DNA of 64,000 bases from Mobula hypostoma (Eukaryota), in assembly GCF_963921235.1 (NCBI RefSeq), contig NC_086108.1, positions 116,686,001 to 116,750,000 on the forward strand, written 5' to 3'. Shown piece by piece: positions 52,301 to 63,329 of the stretch (its first letter is position 1; each line of letters opens with the position of its first letter). The translations under genes were made by a program, and so were the position numbers. A model generated the notes under the pieces. That model had not been told where the DNA came from. It ran no database searches and saw only the letters and a program-made list of their open reading frames with translations.

Positions 52301-54955
52301 AGGGGTTTATGGGTGGGGAAAGGGAGGGAGTTGGCAGTGTTGAGGGGTTTATGGGTGGGGAGAGAGAGTGGGTGGACTGTGTTGAGGGGTTTATGGGTGG
52401 GGAAAGGGTGGGGGTGGAAAGTATTGAGGGATTTATAGGTGGGTAAAGGGAGGGGGTGCACAGTATTGAGGGGTTTATGGGTGGGGAAAGGGAGGGGGTG
52501 GACAGTGTCGAGGGGTTTATGGGTGGGGAAAGGGAGCGGTTGGACAGTGTTGAGGGGTTTATGGGTGGGGAAAGGGAGGGGGTGGACTGTGTTGAGGGGT
52601 TTATGGGTGGGGAAAGGTAGTGGGTGGGCAGTGTTTAGGGGTTTATGGGTGGGGAAAGGGAGGGTGTGGACACTATTGAGGGGTTTATGGGTGGGGAAAG
52701 GGAGGGAGTTGGCAGTGTTGAGGGGTTTATGGGTGGGGAGAGAGAGTGGGTGGACTGTGTTGAGGGGTTTATGGGTGGGGAAAGGGTGGGGGTGGAAAGT
52801 ATTGAGGGATTTATAGGTGGGTAAAGGGAGGGGGTGCACAGTATTGAGGGGTTTATGGGTGGGGAAAGGGAGGGGGTGTGCAGTGTTGAGAGCTTTATGG
52901 GTGGGGAAAGGGAGGGGATGCACAGTGTTGAGGATATAGGTGGGGAAAGGGAGGGAGTGGACAGTGTTGAGGGGTTTATGGGTCTGGAAAGGGAGTTGGT
53001 GGATAGTGTTGAAGGGTTTATGGGTGGGGAAAGGGAGGGGGTGGACAGTGTCAAGCGGTTTAAGGGTGGGGAAAGGGAGGGGTTGGACAGTGTTGAGGGG
53101 TTTATGGGTGGGGAAAGGGAGGGGGAGACAGTGTCGAGGGGTTTATGGGTGGGGAAAGGGAGGGGGTGGACAGTGTTGAGGGGTTTATGGCTGGGGAAAT
53201 GGAGGGGGTGGACAGTGTTGAGGGGTTTATGGGTGGGGAAAGGGAGGGGGTGGGCAGTGCTGAGGGGTTTATGGGTGGGGAAAGGGAGGGTCTGGACAGT
53301 GTCGAGGGGCTTAGGAGTGGGAAAGGGAGCGGGTGGACAGTGTTGAGGAGGTTATGCGTGGGGAAAGGGAGGGGGTGTGCAGTGTTGAGAGCTTTATGGG
53401 TGGGGAAAGGGAGGGGATGCACAGTGCTGAGGAATTTATAGGTGGGGAAAGGGAGGGAGTGGACAGTGTTGAGGGGTTTATGGGTGGGGAAAGGGAGGGG
53501 GTGGTCTGTGTTGAGGGGTTTATGGGTGGGGAAAGGGAGGGGGTGGACAGTGTCGAGGGGTTTATGGGTGGGGAAAGGGAGGGGGTGGTCAATGTCAAGC
53601 GGTTTAAGGGTGGGGAAAGGGAGGGGGTGGACAGTGTCGAGGGGTTTTTGGGTGGGGAAATGGAGGTGGTGGATTGTGTAGAGGGGTTTATGGGTGGGGA
53701 AAGGGAGGGGGTGGACAGTGTTGAGGGGTTTATGGGTGGGGAAAGGGAAGGGGTGGACAGTGTTGAGGGGTTTATGGGTGGGGAAAGGGAGGGGGTGGAC
53801 AGTGTTGAGGGGTTTATGGGTGGGGAAAGGGAGGGGGTGGACAGTGTTGAGGGGTTCATGGGTGGGGAAAGTGAGGGGGTGGGCAGTTTCGAGGGGTTTA
53901 TGGGTGGGGAAAGGGAGGGGGTGGACAGTGTCATCGGCTTTATGGGTGGCGAAAGGGAGGGGGTGGACAGTGTCGAGGGGTTTATGGGTGGGGAAATGGA
54001 GGTGGTGGACAGTGTCGAGGCGTTTATGGGTGGGGAAAGGGAATGGGTGGACAGTGTCGATGGGTTTATGAGTGGGGAAAGGGAGGGGGTGGGCAGTGTT
54101 GAGGGGTTTTCGGGTGGGGAAAGGGAGGGCTTGGACTGTGTCGAGGGGTTTATGGGTGGGGAAAGGTATGTGGTGGACAGTGTTGAGGGCTTTATGGGTG
54201 GGGAAAGGGAGGGGGTGGACAGGGTTGAGGGGTTTATGTGTCGGGAAAAGGAGGGGTGGACAGTGTCGAGGGGTTTATGGGTGGGGAAAGGTAGTGGGTG
54301 GGCAGTGTTTAGGGGTTTATGGGTGGGCAAAGTGAGGAGATGGGCTCTGTTGAAGGGTTTAGGGGTAGGGAAAGTGAGGGGGTGGGCAGTGTCGAAGGTT
54401 TTATGGGTGGGGAAAGGGAGGGGGTAGAGAGTGTCAATGGGTTTATGGGTGGGTAAAGGGAGGGGGTGGGCAGTGTCGAGGGGTTTATGGGTGGGGAAAG
54501 GGAGGGGGTGGACAGTGTCGAGATGTTTATGGGTGGGGAAAGGGAGGGCGTGGGCAGTGTCTATGGGTTTATGGGTGGGGAAAGGGAGGGGGTGGCAGTT
54601 GTTGAGGGGTTTTTGGGTGGGGTAAGGGAGTCAGTGGACAGTGATGATGGGTTTATGGTTGGGGAAAGGGATGGGGTGGACAGTTTTGAGGTGTTTATGA
54701 GTGGGGAAAGGAGCGGGTGGACATTGTTGAGTGGTTTATGGGTGGGAAATGGGAGGGGGTTGACAGTGTTGAGGGATTTATGGGTGTGGAAAGGGAGGGG
54801 GTAGATAGTGTTGAGGGGTTCATGGGTGGGGAGGGGGTGGGCAGTGTTGAGGGGTTTATGGGTGAAAGCGAATGGGGTGGGCAGTGTTGAGGGGTTTATG
54901 GGTGAAAGGGAATGGGGTGGGCAGTGTCAAGGGGGTTTAAGGGGTGGGAAAGGGA
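34370..54955. repeat. ~20.6-kb G-rich 42-bp minisatellite (GGACAGTGTTGAGGGGTTTATGGGTGGGGAAAGGGAGGGGGT) with higher-order repeats
   Basis: Direct tandem periodicity, roughly 490 units by length; 14-residue periodic pseudo-ORFs in the ORF track. Confidence 0.98.
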
Positions 54956-54977
54956 ATCTGGTGCGGATGTTCCTTAC

Positions 54978-55013
54978 CGTGGATCCCTTTGATCCTTTTG
55001 GCCCCATTGGACC
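54978..55013 (-). CDS. COL11A1: Collagen triple-helix exon, 36 bp, GPMGPKGSKGST
   Basis: 36-bp exon flanked by a pyrimidine tract/AG and GTAAGG. A short exon at this position with GPxGPKGxKGST is characteristic of COL5A1/COL11 genes. Confidence 0.92.
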
Positions 55014-55350
55014 CTGTGAACAACAAAATCAGGAGAGTCAGAGAATGCAAGGAGAGACGGAGATGTAGGGACATCGGCTCGCCGAGACTAGGAGGTGCTG
55101 AAACAATGGGATCGTGATGACACATGGACACGGTTCCTGCTACAGTCGCCTAACACAGGGCAGGTTCCGGAGCCTGTGATCCACATGGGATGTCCCAAAC
55201 ACTCAGTATGTTCTCAGTACCATACTGCACTGCACATCTACCCCACCTCACCCCCTCACACAGCTGCCCTGCTGGTCTTTTCCACATTAGCATCAGCTGG
55301 ACCAGCTCCTGGGTGCCCATGGGGTTACAGCAGCTTCCCATTGCTCCCAG

Positions 55351-57835
55351 TCCCTGTGACCGTGTGCTGTGGGTGTGAAATGTCCCTGTGACCATGTGCT
55401 GTGGGTGTGAAATGTCCCTGTGACCGTGTGCTGTGAGTATGAAAAGTCCTTGTGACCGTGTGTGGTGGGTGTGAAATGTCCCTGTGACTGTGTGCTGTGA
55501 GTATGAAAAGTTCTTGTGACCGTGTGTGGTGGGTGTGAAATGTCCCTGTAACCGTGTTTTGTGTGTGTGAAATGTTCCTGTGACCGTGTGCTGTGGGTGT
55601 GAAATGTTCCTGTGACCGTGTGCTGTGGGTGTGAAATGTTCCTGTGTCCATGTGTGGTGGGTGTGAAATGTCCCTGTGACCGTGTGCGGTGGGTGTGAAA
55701 TGTTCCTGTGACCGTGTGCTCTCGGTGTGAAATGTTCCTGTGACCGTGTGCTGTGGGTGTGAAATGTTCCTGTGTCCATGTGTGGTGGGTGTGAAATGTT
55801 CCTGTGGCCGTGTTTTGTGTGTGTGAAATGTCCCTGTGACCATGTGTGGTGGGTGTGAAATGTCCCCGTGAATGTGTGTGCTGAGTGTGAAATGTCCCTG
55901 CGACCGTGTGCTCTCGGTGTGAAATGTCCCTGTGACCATGCTGTGTGTGTGAAATATCCCTGTCACCGTGTACTGTGAGTGTGAAAAGTCCCTGTGACCA
56001 TGTGCTGTGTGTGAAAAGTCCCTGTGACCGTGTGTGGTGGGTGTGAAAAGTCCCTGTGACTTGTGTGTGGGTGCGAAATGTCCCTGTGACTGTGTGTGGT
56101 GGGTGTGAAATGTCCCCGTGAACATGTGTGCTGAGTGTGAAATGTCCCTGCGACCGTGTGCTCTCGGTGTGAAATGTCCCTGTGACCGTGGCTGTGTGTG
56201 TGAAATGTCCCTGTGACCGTGTACTGTGAGTGTGAAATGTCCCTGTGACCATGTGTGGTGGGTGTGAAATGTCCCTGTGACCGTGTGCTCTCGGTGTGAA
56301 ATGTGGCTGTGATCATGTGCTTTCAGTGTGAAATTTCCCTGCGACCGTGTGCTCTCGGTGTGAAATGTCCCTGTGACCATGTGCTCTCGGTGTGAAATGT
56401 GGCTGTGATCATGTGCTTTCAGTGTGAAATTTCCCTGTGACCGTGTGCTCTCGGTGTGAAATGTCACTGTGACCGTGTGCTCTCAGTGTGAAATGTCCCT
56501 GTGACAGTGTATGGTGGGTGTGAAGTGTCCCTGTGACCGTGTGCTGTCAGTGTGAAATGTCCCTGTGACGTGAGCTGTGGGTGTGAAATGTCGCTGTGAC
56601 CTTGTGCTCTCGGTGAGAAATGTCCCTGTGACCGTGTGTGGTGGGTGTGAAATGTCCCTGTGACCGTGTACTGTGGGTGTGAAATGTCCCAGTGACCGTG
56701 TGTGGTGGGTGTGAAATGTCCCAGTGACCGTGTGTGGTGGGTGTGAAATGTCGCTGTGACTGTGTGCGATGGGTGTGAAATGTCCCAGTGACCGTGTGTG
56801 GTGGGTGTGAAATGTCCCAGTGACCGTGTGTGGTGGGTGTGAAATGTCACTGTGACCGTGTGCGGTGAGTGTGAAATGTCCCTGTGACGTGTGCTGTGGG
56901 TGTGAAATGTCCCTGTGACGTGTGCTGTGGGTGTGAAATGTCCCTGTGACCATGTGTGGTGGGTGTGAAATGTCCCTGTGACCGTGTGCTCTCGGTGTGA
57001 AATGTGGCTGTGATCATGTGCTTTCAGTGTGAAATTTCCCTGCGACCGTGTGCTCTCGGTGTGAAATGTCCCTGTGACCATGTGCTCTCGGTGTGAAATG
57101 TGGCTGTGATCATGTGCTTTCAGTGTGAAATTTCCCTGTGACCGTGTGCTCTCGGTGTGAAATGTCACTGTGACCGTGTGCTCTCAGTGTGAAATGTCCC
57201 TGTGACAGTGTATGGTGGGTGTGAAGTGTCCCTGTGACCGTGTGCTGTTGGTGTGAAATGTCGCTGTGACCTTGTGCTCTCGGTGAGAAATGTCCCTGTG
57301 ACCGTGTGTGGTGGGTGTGAAATGTCCCTGTGACCGTGTACTGTGGGTGTGAAATGTCCCAGTGACCGTGTGTGGTGGGTGTGAAATGTCCCAGTGACCG
57401 TGTGTGGTGGGTGTGAAATGTCGCTGTGACTGTGTGCGGTGAGTGTGAAATGTCGCTGTGACTGTGTGTGGTGGGTGTGAAATGTCCCAGTGACCGTGTG
57501 TGGTGGGTGTGAAATGTCACTGTGACCGTGTGCGGTGAGTGTGAAATGTCCCTGTGACGTGTGCTGTGGGTGTGAAATGTCCCTGTGACGTGTGCTGTGG
57601 GTGTGAAATGTCCCTGTGACCGTGTGTGGTGGGTGTGAAATGTCCCTGTGACGTGTGCTGTGGGTGTGAAATGTCCCAGTGACCGTGTGTGGTGGGTGTG
57701 AAATGTCCCAATGACCGTGTGTGGTGGGTGTGAAATGTCCCTGTGACTGTGTGCTGTGGGTGTGAAATGTCCATGTGATCCTGTGCTGCAGGTCGCTGTG
57801 ACGTGTGCTGTGGGTGTGAAATGACCCTGTGACTT
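55351..57835. repeat. 32-bp minisatellite (GTGAAATGTCCCTGTGACCGTGTGCTGTGGGT), ~2.5 kb
   Basis: Period 32 (gggtgtgaaa at 55371 and 55403); internal 701-bp duplication. Confidence 0.96.
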
Positions 57836-57866
57836 TGAGCTGGACATTCAATGTTATTGTACTTAC

Positions 57867-57920
57867 AGGCAGGCCAGGGGGTCCAGGGGGTCCAAGAGGT
57901 CCTGAAGCTCCAGCTAATCC
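57867..57920 (-). CDS. COL11A1: Fibrillar collagen (COL11A1-like) triple-helix exon, 54 bp, GLAGASGPLGPPGPPGLP
   Basis: 54-bp Gly-X-Y exon. AG acceptor (plus ct 57921-57922) and GTAAGT donor (plus acttac 57861-57866); phase 0/0. Upstream exons lie outside the window or were not found. Confidence 0.92.
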
Positions 57921-57949
57921 CTGTGGGGAGACACAAACAGCAGAACGTC

Positions 57950-58610
57950 ACAAACCCAGCTCTCCAAATTCCAATGAATTGATGGTGAACTTCAGAAAGG
58001 GAAGCCAAGGGTACACACAGCAGACTTCATCAATGGATCAGCAGTAGAAAGGGTGAGCAATTTACATGTTGATGCAACATATTGCTGCAATTACAAAGAA
58101 GGATTGGCAGTAATTACGTTTAATTAAAAAGCTACATTTCATTAGGAGTTTGAGGAAATTTGGTATGTCACCAAAGACTCTTGCAAATTTCTGCAGATGT
58201 ACCCTGAAAAGTATTCTCAAGCAAAAGAAAATCTGCAGTTGCTAGATATCAGAGCAACATACACAAAATGCTGGACGAACTCAGCTGGCCAGGCAGCTTC
58301 AATGGAAAAAAAGAGTACAGTCGATGTTTGGGCTGAGACCCTTAAGTTCCTGCTGAATTCTTCCAGCATTTTGTGGAAAACATTCGAATGGGTTGAATCA
58401 CCATCTAGTATGGAAGGGCCACTGCAAAGGATTGTAAAAAGCTGCAGAAAATTGTAATCTCAGTCATTTCCATCATAGGCATCAGCCTCCCCAGCATCCT
58501 GGACAGCTTCTAAAGGAGATACCTCAAAAAGGTGGCAGCCATTATTAACGACCCCCATCACCCAGGACCTGCTCTCTACTCATTGATATCATCAAGGAAG
58601 AGGTTCATAG
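57950..58610 (+). mobile_element. Degraded L2/Rex-like LINE 3' fragment carrying a palindromic repeat copy at ~58222-58376
   Basis: ELMVNFRK-like and aggagtttgaggaaatttggtatgtca segments; cacaaaatgctgg...ccagcattttgtg arms. Confidence 0.55.
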
Positions 58611-58794
58611 TGCAAAATAAATTCAGAGTATAAAAATGGATACAAGACAAACACTGCTGCTTTCACCAGCAACTTTGATGTGTGTTGCTTGAATTTCCAG
58701 CATCTGCAGAATTCCTGTTGTTTACAAGACAAACACTCACCATTTTAGGAGCATCTTCTCCTCTACCATCAGATTTTTGATTGGATAATGAACC

Positions 58795-58940
58795 ATAGGA
58801 GCTGGACACTCCCCTATCACTGGAGGAGTTGAACAACACCCTTAACCAGTTATGCAAATCCCTGGGGTTGGATGGGCTGACTGTGGAATTCCTCAGGGCC
58901 TTCTGGGACATACTGGGTGCTGATTACTCCAGGATGTGGT
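58795..58940 (+). mobile_element. Tx1/L1-like RT fragment
   Basis: Translates as LDTPLSLEELNNTL...KSLGLDGLTVEFLRAFWDILGADY, resembling the Tx1 KSPGxDGLxxEF..FW motif. Confidence 0.6.
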
Positions 58941-58969
58941 GACAGGCTCCTTCCACAAATGTACACTAG

Positions 58970-59110
58970 ATAGCATTCTGACTGGCTGCATCACCATTTG
59001 ATATGGGGGGGGGGGGGGTGGAGAGCTTTCTGAGTGGCTGCATCACCATTTGATATGGGGGGGTGGTGGAGAGCATTCTGACTGGCTGCATCACCATTTG
59101 GTGTGGGGGG
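58970..59110. repeat. Three tandem copies of agcattctgactggctgcatcaccatttgatatg(G)n
   Basis: Copies at about 58971, 59024 and 59072. Confidence 0.8.
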
Positions 59111-59129
59111 CCGGTGAAATGAATACTAA

Positions 59130-61105
59130 CATCACATTTGCCTTCCTCACCACCAACTCTAGCGCAAGTTAACCTTCAGGGTGTTCTGCACAAGGACTCC
59201 CAACTCCCTCTGCATCTCAGATTCCCAGATTTTCTCCCTGTTAAGAAAATGGTCCGCACATTTATTTCTACTACCAAAGTGCATGACCATGCATTTTCCA
59301 ACACTGTATTTCATTTGCCCCTTTCTTGCCCATTCTCCTTATCTGTCTGGCATTCTGCAGCCTACCTGTTTCCTCAACACTACTTGCTCCTCCACCAATC
59401 TTTGTATCATCTGCAAACTTGGCAACAAAGCCATCTATTCCATCATCTAAGTCGTTTATAGACAGCATGAAAAGAACTGTTCCCAACACTGACTCCTGTG
59501 GAACACCACTAGTCACTGGCAGCAAACCATGCTGACTTTGTCCCATCTTGTCCTGTGTCACCAAGTACTCCATCACCTTATCCTTAACAATTGACTCCAA
59601 CATCTTCCCAACAGCTGAGGTCAGGCTAACCGGTCTATAATTTCCTTTCTGCTGCCTTCCTCCTTTCTTAAAGAGTGGAGTGACATTTGCAATTTTCCAG
59701 TCCTCTGACACCATGCCAGTGTCCAATGATTTTTGAAAGATCGTTTCTAATGCTACCACAATCTCAAACACTACCTCTTTCAGAACCCTAGGGTGCAGTT
59801 AATCTGGCCCAGGTGAATTATGTACCTTTAGGTCTTTCAGCTTTTTGAGCAACTTCTGACTTGGAATAGTAACTGCACCCACTTCTCTTCCTTCACACAC
59901 TGCAAGAATCAGGCATACTGCTCGTGTCTTCTTCAGTGAAGACTGATGCAAAATACTCATTTAATTCATCAGCTATCTCCTTGTCCCTTTTTATTATTTC
60001 TCCTGTCTCATTTTCTAGTGGTCCTTTATCCACTCTCATTTCTCTTTTATTTTTAACACACTTGTAAAAACTTTTACTATCCACTTTGATATTATTTGCT
60101 AGCTTGCTTTCTTATTTCATATTTTCCCTTCTAATGACTTTTTTAGTTGCTCTCTGTAGGTTTTTAAAAACTTCCCAATCCTCTGTCTTCCCGCTAATTT
60201 TTGCTTTGTTGTATGCCCTTTCTGTTGCTTTTACAGTAGCTTTGACTTCCCTCGTCAGCCATGGTTGTAATATTTTACCATTTGAGTATTTCTTCATTTT
60301 TGGAATACACATGTCCTGCACCTTCCACATTTTACCCAGAAACTCACACCATTGCTGCTCTGCTGACATCCCTGCCGGCAGCTCCTTCCAAGTTACTTTG
60401 GCCAGCTCCTCTCTCATACCACTGTAATTTCCCTTACTCCACTGAAATACTGCTACATCAGACTTTACTTTCTCCCAATCAAATTCCAAGTTGAACTCAA
60501 TCATATTGTGATCACTGGTTCCTCAGTGTTCTTTGACCTTAAGCTCCCAAATTGCATCCAGTACATTACATAACCAATATAGCTGATCCCTTAGTAGGCT
60601 CAACAACAAACTGTTCTAAAAAGCTATTTCTTAGGCATTCAACAAACTCTCTTGAGATCCATTAACAACCAGATTTTCCCAATCGATCTACATGTTAAAA
60701 TATCTCAGGACTACCATAACATTACCCTTTCGACTCGCCTTTTCTATTTCCTGTTGTAATCTGTGGTCCACCTCCCAGCCACCGTTGGGAGGCCTGAATA
60801 TAACTGCCATCAGAGTTCTTTTACCCTGGCAGTTTCTTAACTCAACCTACAAGGATTCAACATCTTCCGATCTTATGTCACATCTTTTTATTGATCTGAT
60901 GCCATTCTTTACCAGCAGAGCCACACCACCCCCTCTCCCTACCTTCCTATCTCTCCGATATAATGTGTAACCTTGGACATTCAGCTCCCAGCTACAACCA
61001 TCCTTCAGCCATGATTCGGTTATGGCCACAACATCATACCCAACAATCTGCAATATTGCAACAAGATCATCCACCTTATTTCTTATACAATGCACTCTTA
61101 GATAC
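59130..61105 (-). mobile_element. CR1 LINE, same subfamily as 19375-21320, with an internal RT deletion
   Basis: YDVVAITESWLKDGCSWELNVQGY shared with the 21-kb copy; junction GQSQHG/LLPVTSGVPQ at ~59525. Confidence 0.88.
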
Positions 61106-61183
61106 AACGCCTACTGTTACCCGGCTAATTTTCCTACCACAGACAACGTCTCACCAGCCTACAGTTACCCACGGAATTCTGTA

Positions 61184-61480
61184 ATAGAAACCATAGAAAA
61201 ACTACAGCACAGAAACAGGCCTTTTGGCCCTTCTTGGCTGTACCGAACCAATTTCTGCCTAGTCCTACTGATCTGCACACGGACCATATCTCTCCATACA
61301 CCTCCCATCCATGTATCTGTCCAATTTACTCTTAAATGTTAAAAAAGAACCCGCATTTACCACCTCGTCTGGTAGCTCATTCCATACTCCCACCACTCTG
61401 TGTGAAGAAGCCCCCCCAATGTTCCCTTTAAACTTTTCCCCCCTCACCCTTAACCCATGTCCTCTGTTTTTTTTTCTCTA
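61184..61480 (-). mobile_element. Short CR1 3'-end insertion, same subfamily as 9255-9560
   Basis: Near-identical tagaaaccatagaaaaactacagcacagaaacaggcc... sequence. Confidence 0.85.
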
Positions 61481-61689
61481 CCACTGACAAGGTATCACCA
61501 GCGTAGTTACCTGTCTGATGTCTGTTGCCACCTTAAATATAAGAACAACCTTGTCTATCTTACAGTCTTCTCCTCTGGCTGATTGGGATGTGGAAAACTT
61601 TGCTCCAGACTCTGGATGCTGAGCCCCAACACCTCACTCAACCTCCAAACCAACAGACTGAAAGGATAGGCAGGCTAATCTCTGGCATG

Positions 61690-61950
61690 ATGATTCTCAG
61701 CATTGGTGCCACAAGAACCCCTCTCCTCCCTGTACACTCCCATCTGTCTGACCAGATTCTGTTCTAACTCTTGCCGATGATACCACCATATTAGGCCGTA
61801 TCTCAAATAACGATGAGTCAGTGTACAGGAAGGAGATGGGCAGCCCTGTGGCATGTTGGCATGACAACAGCCTATCCCACAATGTCAGCAACACAGAAGA
61901 GTTTGTCATTGACTACAGGAGATCTGCATGTATCAATGGTGTCGCGTTTG
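61690..61950 (+). mobile_element. Degraded Rex1/L2-like RT fragment
   Basis: LADDTTILGRISNNDESVYRKEM. Confidence 0.65.
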
Positions 61951-62023
61951 AGAGGGGTGAGAACTTCAGGAGTGATCACCAATAGCCTTCTCTCTGTGAG
62001 AGGGGTGAGATCTCCAGGAATGA

Positions 62024-62842
62024 AGATTAAGATGGCGCTAAACGGCGACTCCTTCGCTTGCATCTTCGGAAACAGCTCAATTTCCATCTTTAATATCTTT
62101 ATCTTTCCATTTCTTTTGAACACCCTGACCTGGAGTTGCACGCAGAGTTCGGTTCCTTGAGTGAAAGGGATCCGTTCTCAGGGTTCCAGGACCGGCCGTT
62201 GTTGCTCGGCACATCAAGGGTTCGGCCTGAGAGTCTTGCTCATATATGCAAGCCTAAGATCTCAGGTCTCTGGAGGCGGGTGGATCGAGGGTCGGTGTCA
62301 TGGCAGGAGACTCATGTGTTGTCAGGGAGGCCGGAAAATCTTTCACTGTGGGCCCGAATACCCGAGATCTTTGCGATCTTCAGGCACAGAGCTCGTAAGA
62401 AGTGATGAAACTGACTTTTTAACATCATAAACCAGCGGGTTGTTCTTATGTCTTCCGCTCGCTGTGAAAATGGGGGACACCTCCCTCTCCATTATTAGGG
62501 AGAGAGAGAACCGGTGGTTTGTCAAATGCCGGATGAAATGCGATAGTCTTTGGGATAACTGTAAGTCTGTGTCTTTGCCATCACCTAGCTCACGTTTGTG
62601 CTTGGTAGCGGGTGCACTTTTTTTTTGCTGGGGCGGTGGGGGAGATCATGGCTTGCTGCCATTTACGTGCAGGAGGGAGGAGCTGGGGGGAGGATTTTGG
62701 GGTTCTCACGTTTAACTGTTGTTCATTCTTTGGGGCACTTCTCTGTTTTCGTGGATGTTTGCAAAGAAAAATCATTTCAGGATGCTTATTGTATACATTT
62801 CTCTAAAATTAAAATGGACCTTTGGACCTTTGAACCTTTGAA
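62024..62842 (+). mobile_element. Non-coding retroposed element (non-autonomous LINE derivative) with AAGATGGCG head and (acctttg)n tail
   Basis: Starts attaagatggcgctaaacggcg and ends attaaaatggacctttggacctttgaacctttgaa; interrupts a local ~43-bp tandem repeat. Confidence 0.6.
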
Positions 62843-63329
62843 CCAATGGCCTTCTCTCTGTGAGAGGGGTGAGATCTCCAGGAGTGATCACCAATAGCCT
62901 TTTCTCTGTGAGGGTTGAGAACTCAAGGAGTGATCACCGACAGCCTTCTCCCTTGATCTGTCTACACATTCCGCTGGCTTAGGAAAGCCAACATAATCAA
63001 GGGCCCTTCCTATCCAGGTCATTCTCTCTTCTCCCCCCTTGTATCAGGCAGAAGACACAAAAGCCTGAAAACACCTACCAACAGGCTCAAGGACGGCCTC
63101 CATCCCACTGTTATAAGACTCTTAAATCTTGTACATTCAAGATGAACTCATGACATTACAGTTAACCTCACTGTGGTTTCTGCACCTTATTATCTACACT
63201 TCCTCTGTAATTTGAATGCTTTACTGTTCTTATTGTTCTCGTCTACTGACGTATTGAAATGATTTGTGTGGAGGGCGTGCAAAACTAGCTTTTCCACTCT
63301 AGCTCGATATATGTAACAATCATAAACCA

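Noticed and set aside
34376..54804. Long ORFs (up to 535 aa; VDSVEGFMGGEREG, PSTLSTPSLSPPIN and HPLPFPTHKPLNTV repeats)
   Set aside because: By-product of a 42-bp (multiple of 3) unit that lacks stops in several frames. Frames shift freely and the array lies inside a collagen intron.
34370..54955. Match of the minus strand (CCTCCCTTTCCCC) to the human PRDM9 degenerate 13-mer, and occasional TTTAGGG
   Set aside because: PRDM9 specificity is lineage-specific and such matches are expected in C-rich sequence. There are no tandem telomeric repeats.
55150..58008. His/Thr-rich ORFs on the minus strand
   Set aside because: Translations of the 32-bp minisatellite, open in several frames at once, with no splice or start context.
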